Below are positions 57,752 to 64,000 of a DNA stretch of 64,000 nt, piece by piece. The notes below the pieces were generated by a model. It was not told where the DNA came from, ran no database searches, and saw nothing but the letters and a program-made list of their open reading frames with translations. The stretch covers positions 1-64,000 of IMG/VR virus record IMGVR_UViG_3300027759_000046. The stretch is one strand, 5' to 3'. The position numbers and the translations under genes were made by a program. The number at the start of each line of letters is the position of its first letter. The first letter of the stretch is position 1.

Positions 57752-57776
57752 ACTATTCACGTTTTTTTAGTATATT
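57749..57776 (+). promoter_or_regulatory. Putative phage early/middle promoter TAAACT-N16-TATATT
   Basis: Motif spans the gp46 stop and the short intergenic region before the gp42-like gene. Confidence 0.55.
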
Positions 57777-57782
57777 TTATTT

Positions 57783-58664
57783 ATGATAGTATTTAAAGGC
57801 CAGACTTTTGCCGAGTGTTACCGTGACTCGCTAATCAATCTTTTCGAAGATGGTATTGAAAATAATGCCAGAGGCACCGTGAGCAAGGAGTTGCTTGACG
57901 TTGCGTTAGTTGTCGAAGATCCAACTCAATGCCTATATCAAAACGATAGGCGAGGTTCTCAAAAGAAGTATATTGCGGCTGAATTTTTGTGGTATTACTC
58001 AGGGCGTAATGACGTTAAGTTTATTGCGAATTGGGCTAAGTTTTGGGAATCAATCCAAAACGAAGACGGTTCAGCTAACTCAGCTTACGGCAACCTAATC
58101 TTTAAGGTTAGAAATCAGCACAATCTCTCCCAATACCAGTGGGCAATGCAAAGCTTAATCAGCGATCCTAACACGAGACAAGCTGTAATGCATTTCAATA
58201 TGCCGACTCACCAGTACAATGGAAACAAGGATTTTGTTTGTACAATGTACGCAAACTGCCATATCCGAAACAATAAGTTCTATATGTCAGTTTACATGAG
58301 AAGCAATGACGCTGTTTGGGGTACACCAACTGACGTAGCTTTCTTCTGTTCTTTACAGATGCAAATGTATTCTCAATTAAAAAACTTCTATCCAGAGTTA
58401 GAGCTTGGTTCGTATACTCACGTTGCAAATTCATACCACGTTTACGATAGACATTATGAATTAGGAACAGCAATGCTAGAGACAGCATTCAAACCAGAAG
58501 CACTTCCACACGTTGTCGCAGATCTAGTCGATATCGATGGAGAGCCTAGCCGTAATTTATTAATCTTAATGGATGCGTTATTTGCAAACGATGAGCCGTA
58601 TCTAATTTTTCAAGATGGTCCAGATATGTTAAAATGGATTCATACAAATGTTTCAAAGAAATAA
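57783..58664 (+). CDS. gp42: Thymidylate-synthase-superfamily enzyme, most like dCMP hydroxymethylase (T4 gp42)
   Basis: NSAYG, DPNTRQA, DFVCT (catalytic Cys), MRSNDAVWGTPTD and SYHVYDRH align with T4 gp42 (NSNYG, NPDSRRG, DFMCT, MRSNDVVFGFRND, SLHVYSRH). Asp sits where dUMP-specific ThyA has Asn. Confidence 0.75.
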   Translation: MIVFKGQTFAECYRDSLINLFEDGIENNARGTVSKELLDVALVVEDPTQCLYQNDRRGSQKKYIAAEFLWYYSGRNDVKFIANWAKFWESIQNEDGSANSAYGNLIFKVRNQHNLSQYQWAMQSLISDPNTRQAVMHFNMPTHQYNGNKDFVCTMYANCHIRNNKFYMSVYMRSNDAVWGTPTDVAFFCSLQMQMYSQLKNFYPELELGSYTHVANSYHVYDRHYELGTAMLETAFKPEALPHVVADLVDIDGEPSRNLLILMDALFANDEPYLIFQDGPDMLKWIHTNVSKK

Positions 58665-58666
58665 TC

Positions 58667-59122
58667 ATGACGCCAAAGCAACATAAAATAGACCTCGCTT
58701 ACATTAAGATGGCCCAAGTCTGGGCAGATCTATCTCATGCCACTCGTAAAAAAGTTGGAGCTCTAATTGTTAAAAATAACACAATCATCTCTGATGGGTT
58801 CAACGGAACTCCGTCTGGTTTTGAAAATGAATGTGAAGAAGCTATCCATAATGAAGACGGTTCATTTAAAGAATATAAAACCAAATGGTATGTTTTACAT
58901 GCCGAATCAAATGCATTAGCTAAAGTTGCCAAATCAACACAAAGTAGCGATGGCGCAACCCTCTATATTACATATTCCCCATGCACAGATTGTAGTAAAT
59001 TAATTCTACAGGCTGGTATTAAACGCGTTGTTTACTTGGAAGAGTATCGTGATACAAACGGCTTGGACTTTTTACGAAGAGCCGGTGTTGAGGTTAAAAA
59101 AATCAACATACAAAATGATTGA
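58667..59122 (+). CDS. cd: dCMP deaminase
   Basis: KVGALIVK, GFNGTPSG, HAESNAL and SPCTDC zinc motifs. Start moved from 58634 to ATG 58667, just after the upstream stop. Confidence 0.93.
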   Translation: MTPKQHKIDLAYIKMAQVWADLSHATRKKVGALIVKNNTIISDGFNGTPSGFENECEEAIHNEDGSFKEYKTKWYVLHAESNALAKVAKSTQSSDGATLYITYSPCTDCSKLILQAGIKRVVYLEEYRDTNGLDFLRRAGVEVKKINIQND

Positions 59123-59516
59123 TACTACAAATCGCGTACTTGAAATAGTCTTCGTTAAAGATCTAAAACAATTCGTTCAAGTCCTGCACAAAAAATGCAA
59201 ATCCGACTATCTTTTAAATGTCAATAAGATAATTAGGGAGAAATTTGAACAAGATATTCTTGTACCAAATAAAATTCAATCTTTCTTAATTAATTACGAA
59301 ATCAAGAAATTAATTGATAAAGCAGTCAATGTTAGAAACCGCAAATACAGTCGAATAATCTACGTTAACTCAAGTCTGTCAAAGAATACTGTGTTAAACA
59401 CAATCGACTTTCTATCGAATGCTTATGAAGAGGTTAAATTTGAACCTCTAATAATTGATTTAGAAGAGGACTTTTGCACAGAGCTAAAGATTAAAACAAT
59501 AAAAAAGGGACGATAA
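59115..59516 (+). CDS. Hypothetical protein (about 133 aa)
   Basis: ATG 59115 overlaps the deaminase stop; the longer 59028 start is unlikely. Confidence 0.7.
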   Translation: MIDTTNRVLEIVFVKDLKQFVQVLHKKCKSDYLLNVNKIIREKFEQDILVPNKIQSFLINYEIKKLIDKAVNVRNRKYSRIIYVNSSLSKNTVLNTIDFLSNAYEEVKFEPLIIDLEEDFCTELKIKTIKKGR

Positions 59517-59526
59517 ACGTCCCTTT
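59501..59526. terminator. Terminator hairpin between convergent genes
   Basis: AAAGGGACG-ATAAA-CGTCCCTTT, with an A tract on the left giving a U tract on the minus strand. Confidence 0.75.
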
Positions 59527-59551
59527 CTAGTATTCAATAAGTTTTAAAAGA

Positions 59552-60157
59552 TTAAGCTCCTTCTTCAGTATTCTCTTCTTCACCTTCTTCGCCTTCTTCC
59601 TCTTCTTTGCACATTTTTTCAATTGCTGCACATAATAGGTCGCAAACTTCTTCTTTTTCGATTTCCATTTTCTCGCAAATGTCATCAATTAAATCTTGAA
59701 GATCGTCTCCGAATTCTTCCATTAATTTTTCCAATTGCTCCTCGTCTACTTCGTATCCAAGGTCTACATTTTCATCATCTTCTAAAGGTTCTTCAGCTTC
59801 GTTAAATTCATAGTTTTCATTTACGAATTCTTGGTATCTTGCGATCTTTCCTTCTTCAACTGCATCAGTTGTTGCGATAGTTGGTTTAGCGTACATTTGT
59901 GTATAAGGTTTTTTCTTTGCTGTTTTATAAACGATATCGCTGGAAAATCCTTTCCAAGCAGAATCATAATTTGGGTTGAATCGGCCTCCTTCAGCATTAG
60001 GATCGCGCTCAACAACTCTTTGATATCCATCTAGAGATTTTCTCTTTGATTTATCGAAATCTTCTTTTTCAGAAGGACCACCGAACGCAGGTTTCTTTGG
60101 GTTTGTCCATCTTTCTAGAGAAGGATTATCTCTGCGTTTTACGTTAAACATGTCCAT
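59552..60157 (-). CDS. Hypothetical protein with basic N-terminal half and very acidic C-terminal half; candidate head-core protein
   Basis: Contains KIARYQEFVNE followed by E/D-rich helices. Confidence 0.78.
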   Translation of the reverse strand: MDMFNVKRRDNPSLERWTNPKKPAFGGPSEKEDFDKSKRKSLDGYQRVVERDPNAEGGRFNPNYDSAWKGFSSDIVYKTAKKKPYTQMYAKPTIATTDAVEEGKIARYQEFVNENYEFNEAEEPLEDDENVDLGYEVDEEQLEKLMEEFGDDLQDLIDDICEKMEIEKEEVCDLLCAAIEKMCKEEEEGEEGEEENTEEGA

Positions 60158-60174
60158 GTCTTACTTTAGTATTT

Positions 60175-60777
60175 TTATTGACCAATACGAGTTTCAACGT
60201 AACGATCCGCTACGAATCCAATTGTAAGATCGGCAATTTTATCGTCTGCATAACTTAAGGTTTGCTCTGTAAATTTCTCAGTATCTATGAAAACTGGAGA
60301 GAAAACAAACTCTCTAAAGATTACACCAGAACGGTTGAATTGAGTTACTTGAATTACTGCTGGACTAGCAACAGTACCTGCGTAATCTTTTTTCAATCCT
60401 TGCGCACCAGTCATTGGATCATAGATCAAATTAGACCAAGCGCGGAATGCGTTATAAATGTAATTATCGTTATCGTCATTTAAGTTCAATTCAAATGCAA
60501 TCTTGAATTTAGCTAACGTTGTTGTAGGTTTAGCAGCAGCGTAAGCTCTTTCAGAGAATTTGAATCTCTGTGTTTGCAAAGCACCACCGGCGTTACCGTG
60601 AAGTTCTGGAAGTCCAGTAACCGTCTTAACGTGTTCTAGAGTTAGATTATTGTTAAATCCAATTTTTGCAGAGACAGCAGGTGGAGGCGTAATAATTACT
60701 TCAAACTGATTTAAGTAAATCGGTTCATATCTTCCTGGACCTGCGGTTGAGTTTTTAAAATGTGGTAGACCAGCCAT
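60175..60777 (-). CDS. gp19: Tail tube protein (T4 gp19-like)
   Basis: EPIYLNQFEV, FRAWSNLIYDPMTG..GLKKDYAG, VTQFNRSG..REF and LSY..LTIGFVADRY. Late motif at 60797-60804. Confidence 0.85.
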   Translation of the reverse strand: MAGLPHFKNSTAGPGRYEPIYLNQFEVIITPPPAVSAKIGFNNNLTLEHVKTVTGLPELHGNAGGALQTQRFKFSERAYAAAKPTTTLAKFKIAFELNLNDDNDNYIYNAFRAWSNLIYDPMTGAQGLKKDYAGTVASPAVIQVTQFNRSGVIFREFVFSPVFIDTEKFTEQTLSYADDKIADLTIGFVADRYVETRIGQ

Positions 60778-60796
60778 CTTGTCTTATTTTTTTAAT

Positions 60797-60804
60797 TTAT
60801 TTAT
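60797..60804 (-). promoter_or_regulatory. Late promoter motif ATAAATAA
   Basis: Exact motif about 20 nt upstream of the tail-tube ATG. Confidence 0.65.
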
Positions 60805-60820
60805 TCGAGAGTTTCGCAGT

Positions 60821-61726
60821 TTATCGCGGACCGACCGGAGTTGGGTCAGCTTTTTTGTTAACCTCATTCTTAATTTCGGTGAATTCGCGCTCCTTTGCGC
60901 CGGAACCCTTTAAGCTTTTAAGTGCTTTAAACACCCAGTCTTCGTCTTCTGCATCCTTTCCTTTTGGAACAACTGAATTTTCGCCAACGGTAAATGATAA
61001 TTCAATCGAAGGCAATACTTCAGCTAAGAGATTCTTTTGAACTCCACCGCCTTCGCCTTCAACTGTAAAATCTGAATAACTGAATTCAATTGTGTCTCCC
61101 ATAATACCGCCAAATTTAACTATTGCTTTAATTTTGCTAGAGTTGTCAAGATTTTCATCTCCGACCATCTTAGTTATATTATTGGTTGCACGATACTGAA
61201 TAGTTACTCCGCTTCCGCCTTTTTCCTGAACATCAATGAATCTCATTCTATCAGCAATCACATGAACAGAATAACTTCCATTAAATGCAGGAGTCTTCTC
61301 TGGATCCTTAGGCTCATCTTTCTTTGGCTCGTCATTAGTTATCTCATCTTCAGGTTCTAGTGAATCCTGATCATCCTGAGTTTTATCTATGACAGCTGGC
61401 AGTCCAGGCTTTTGGAAAACTGCTGGTAAATTCTTATCATTACCGGCAGGCAATGCTAGAGTTTCGTTTGTCTTCTTTGTTAGCTTAGAATCAATTACTG
61501 CATTAATCTCTTTAAGTAGATTAATTAACTTATCGGCGCTTGTGTACTTGTAATAAGTTGCAAGAGCAGAAGCCTTTGTAAACAATAAGTCCGGATAAAT
61601 GTCAGTAGTATGCAGTTCAATATCTTGAGCATTCTGATCCCAATGAGGCTGTCCGCCGTTTCCGGGATTGGTCCACTTAATATTAAAGCTTATGTATGAC
61701 TCTGCAATTACGCCGTTTCCTATCAT
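60821..61726 (-). CDS. Hypothetical protein (301 aa)
   Basis: ORF in the late operon between the capsid and tube genes. Confidence 0.78.
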   Translation of the reverse strand: MIGNGVIAESYISFNIKWTNPGNGGQPHWDQNAQDIELHTTDIYPDLLFTKASALATYYKYTSADKLINLLKEINAVIDSKLTKKTNETLALPAGNDKNLPAVFQKPGLPAVIDKTQDDQDSLEPEDEITNDEPKKDEPKDPEKTPAFNGSYSVHVIADRMRFIDVQEKGGSGVTIQYRATNNITKMVGDENLDNSSKIKAIVKFGGIMGDTIEFSYSDFTVEGEGGGVQKNLLAEVLPSIELSFTVGENSVVPKGKDAEDEDWVFKALKSLKGSGAKEREFTEIKNEVNKKADPTPVGPR

Positions 61727-61729
61727 TTA

Positions 61730-62233
61730 TTAGCCGATTTCTTTATCTCCGCGGAATTCTTTTCCACGATTTGCTTTTTTCTTATCTGGATCAACTGTTT
61801 TATAGTTAGCCCAAATTTCGTTGTAAATACGGCAAGATGCTCCCATGAAATTAACGATACCTACATATTTCTTGCGATCATCACCTTTCATTTTTGAAAT
61901 CTTCTTACCGATTGAACGAGCATCATCTAAATCAAGTTCTTCCTCGTCAGATTTTCCAACCAAGTCCTTAAGCGAATTTGCTTCGTACATATACGATTCA
62001 AACGTTGGATGCACGTGTGGTCCTCGTGGGCCCATTGGATCCAGGTCAATATCTTCTGATTCAATATCAGCAGATCCACCCATTCTTTTTATTTGAGCAA
62101 GGCCTTCTTCCTGAGAGTTTACTGGAATCAAAGTGTTTTGACCAACTACATAGTAGCCGTCTTCGCGCTCTTCAATTCTCAATGGTCCAGACAGATCGAA
62201 TTCCATGCCATCACTAAATTTAAGTTTTGACAT
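61730..62233 (-). CDS. Hypothetical protein (167 aa)
   Basis: ORF in the late operon; internal PTFESYMYEA motif. Confidence 0.75.
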   Translation of the reverse strand: MSKLKFSDGMEFDLSGPLRIEEREDGYYVVGQNTLIPVNSQEEGLAQIKRMGGSADIESEDIDLDPMGPRGPHVHPTFESYMYEANSLKDLVGKSDEEELDLDDARSIGKKISKMKGDDRKKYVGIVNFMGASCRIYNEIWANYKTVDPDKKKANRGKEFRGDKEIG

Positions 62234-62244
62234 AGTTAACTGAT

Positions 62245-62604
62245 TTATTTAGGCATCTTTGCCATAGCTGGATCAACTTTCTTGTTGATAGCTTTACCTT
62301 TGATAACAAGCTTAGAGATCTTAGGATCAACTTCTTTCTTAGAAGCAGTTCCACGACCCTTAGGCATATCGGCCATTTCAGGTTTCACCATTTTATTAGA
62401 AGCAGAACCACGACCCTTAGGCATATCAGCCATTTCAGGTTTTACAGTTTTACTGATTGCTCTACCTTTTCCAACAGGAAGTGCAGACATCTCATCATCA
62501 ACTTGTTTTGTAATTCTTTTGCCTTTAGCTGGAGCGCCTTTAGCAAGATCTTGATTCGTTTTCTTTTCAAAAAGATACTCTTCGTAGCTTAAAACTGATT
62601 TCAT
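62245..62604 (-). CDS. Small basic repeat protein; candidate capsid-internal DNA-binding protein
   Basis: N-terminus MKSVLSYEEYLFE, then Lys-rich repeats of about 19 aa (VKPEMADMPKGRG twice, with degenerate flanks). Confidence 0.78.
   Translation of the reverse strand: MKSVLSYEEYLFEKKTNQDLAKGAPAKGKRITKQVDDEMSALPVGKGRAISKTVKPEMADMPKGRGSASNKMVKPEMADMPKGRGTASKKEVDPKISKLVIKGKAINKKVDPAMAKMPK
62341..62443. repeat. 57-bp-period coding tandem repeat
   Basis: AGAAGCAG..CCACGACCCTTAGGCATATC.GCCATTTCAGGTTT starting at 62341 and 62398. Confidence 0.85.
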
Positions 62605-62651
62605 GTGAATTTTGTTTTTTTGTAATTTCTTTTTTGCTAATCCTAGCTAGG

Positions 62652-62659
62652 TTATTTAT
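62652..62659 (-). promoter_or_regulatory. Late promoter motif ATAAATAA
   Basis: Just downstream of the capsid terminator and upstream of the ATG at 62604. Confidence 0.65.
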
Positions 62660-62674
62660 TAGTGAAAGTCGGCT

Positions 62675-62708
62675 AAAAAAGAAAAGGCTCCCTTTTGAGG
62701 AGCCTTTT
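62675..62708 (-). terminator. Rho-independent terminator after the major capsid gene
   Basis: Stem AAAAGGCTCC/GGAGCCTTTT; on the minus strand it is followed by TCTTTTTT. Confidence 0.8.
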
Positions 62709-62730
62709 ACTATGAATAATCTAGTTAAGA

Positions 62731-64000
62731 TTAAGCTGCGTATCCAGTTGAAGGAGCAACAGAACCAGTCAATACTCCTAGGCCAGTTACTTCCATAGTG
62801 ATGTATTGTGTTTCTGGGTGCCATCCAGCTTCCGTGATAGCATAACGAGATTTCATACCAATTTTCGGAGAGAAAGTACCCTCTGCAATTGTTTGAAGAC
62901 TCTCAGCCATGATATATGGAAGGAATTTAACACCTGGCTCTTCGTCAGCGCCTTTACGTCCGATGTGGATGCGGTTGTCGCTGAATTTCAAGTTAGGATC
63001 TACGTATACAGTTAAACCGTGTACTTTACCAGCTGGGTAAAGTTGACCAGGTCCTGAAGGAAGATCGTTATTGAATGGAGCAAAAGAGTAACCAGCAACG
63101 TCAGCAAGAGCTGAAGCTACACGGCCGTTAGTAACGATGTATGTACCAGCACCGAAACGACCTCTGTGATAAATCAAGTTAGCCATTTCAAGGATTTTAG
63201 TAACAACACGACGTTGTAGAGTTGAGATGTTTTCGAAACCTGAACCGATCGTAAGATCTAAGTTAACGATTCCAGCGCCTTCAACTGCTTCTAACGTAGT
63301 TTTATGAGTTTTACCTAAGTTAAATACTCTGTCAACTAATTTTTTGTTGATACCTTGTGCAAGTTCATTAACTGCTACGTTCTCTAACATAGAGATTACG
63401 TCGAAATTCCAAACTCGGTTAAGATCTTGGATTTGCTCAACAGTTGCAGAGATTGCTACTTGGTCTCCTTTTGCCTCAATGAATTTCGTAAACATACGAA
63501 GACCCATTTGACGGAATTTAGAAGCTTCAGCAACTTCACGAGTCATACCGTCGTAGTTAACTTGAGAACCAGTAGAACCTAAGAAAGGACCATCGAAATC
63601 AACGTCAGCTTCAGTTGTAGTTGAAGTGAAACCTGAAATGTGGTTTTCTAAAGCAGATACTAGAGCTGCAGTTTGAGTAGTCAAAGACTTAGTGTAAGCG
63701 TGAGAAGCACCATTAACTGTAATAGTTGTGAAAGTTTCACCGTTAGTTACGAAATCATTGATTGTCTTAGTCTCATCGCCAGTTGTGTTAACTACTTTAA
63801 ACATAGCTACTCCATCAATACGTGAGAATCCGATGAATGATAAGTTCAATACGTCTCCACCACCTAAATCGATCTTAGAAGTATCACCAGCTACGAAAGA
63901 AGCTAGAGTACCTGTAGAAAGAGTAGTAGTTTTAACGAAACCGTTGATTTTGATTACGAAAGGCTCGTATTGTTTGTCAACGTTACCACCTTGGTATACG
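62731..64000 (-). CDS. gp23: Major capsid protein (T4 gp23-like), 5' end outside the window
   Basis: QIQDLNRVWNFD..NELAQGINKKLV, GAGTYIVTNGRVASAL and FSPKIGMKSRY. The frame stays open from the track start (63849) to the window edge (VYQGGNVDKQYEP...). Confidence 0.92.
   Translation of the reverse strand, partial: VYQGGNVDKQYEPFVIKINGFVKTTTLSTGTLASFVAGDTSKIDLGGGDVLNLSFIGFSRIDGVAMFKVVNTTGDETKTINDFVTNGETFTTITVNGASHAYTKSLTTQTAALVSALENHISGFTSTTTEADVDFDGPFLGSTGSQVNYDGMTREVAEASKFRQMGLRMFTKFIEAKGDQVAISATVEQIQDLNRVWNFDVISMLENVAVNELAQGINKKLVDRVFNLGKTHKTTLEAVEGAGIVNLDLTIGSGFENISTLQRRVVTKILEMANLIYHRGRFGAGTYIVTNGRVASALADVAGYSFAPFNNDLPSGPGQLYPAGKVHGLTVYVDPNLKFSDNRIHIGRKGADEEPGVKFLPYIMAESLQTIAEGTFSPKIGMKSRYAITEAGWHPETQYITMEVTGLGVLTGSVAPSTGYAA

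Noticed and set aside
57783-58664. Plain thymidylate synthase (thyA) call
   Set aside because: It has Asp instead of the dUMP-specifying Asn and gp42-like motifs. Retained only as the alternative hypothesis.
3938-63015. The many 60-145-aa ORFs overlapping larger genes (e.g. 3938, 4938, 7126, 8916, 25947, 27737, 28139, 31665, 32274, 44374, 56173, 60762, 62282)
   Set aside because: They are antisense or off-frame shadows of well-supported genes, with no motifs or independent expression signals.
1-64000. Stop-codon reassignment, as found in some large phages
   Set aside because: Genes are long and densely packed in code 11. TAG and TGA both end genes at expected homologue ends (groEL and the S1-like gene end in TAG; dCMP deaminase ends in TGA).
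63849-64000. ORF-track start of the capsid gene at 63849
   Set aside because: This is an internal TTG; the frame is open to the window edge, so the true start lies outside.

Overview
A 64 kb, AT-rich segment of a large T4-like (contractile-tailed) jumbo phage read in standard genetic code. No tRNA, rRNA, CRISPR array, intron, intein or mobile element was recognised. The host is plausibly Bacteroidota (inference from SD-less A-rich leaders and Hc1-type, PolB-exo2-type and RNR genes). Left (1-26.6 kb, mostly minus strand): a late virion block with very large baseplate/fibre-like proteins, a gp14-like neck protein with extra domains, an amidoligase, a mucin-like Thr-repeat protein, the gp55 late sigma factor and a RuvC-like resolvase. 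Middle and right (mostly plus strand): GroEL, GroES, a ribosomal-protein-S1 homologue, NrdAB, gp32, RNase H, UvsX, gp41, gp46/47 and the N-terminal half of a split family-B DNA polymerase. Minus-strand tail sheath, tail tube and major capsid genes interrupt or close this part. The most notable observations are: (1) a T4-type cytosine-replacement pathway (gp42-like dCMP hydroxymethylase carrying the Asp specificity residue, gp56-like dCTPase, dCMP deaminase); (2) late-promoter-driven proteins, including a HAD nucleotidase and a HEXXH protein, that start with T4 capsid-targeting-like peptides, suggesting an injected enzyme cargo; (3) a split DNA polymerase; (4) a phage-specific AAAC(C/T)-N16-TAnAA(T/G) promoter seen seven times; (5) a degenerate SET-domain gene between gp47 and gp46; (6) a 123-nt rod-like hairpin at the strand switch. 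All protein assignments come from motif recognition by eye; no database search was run.
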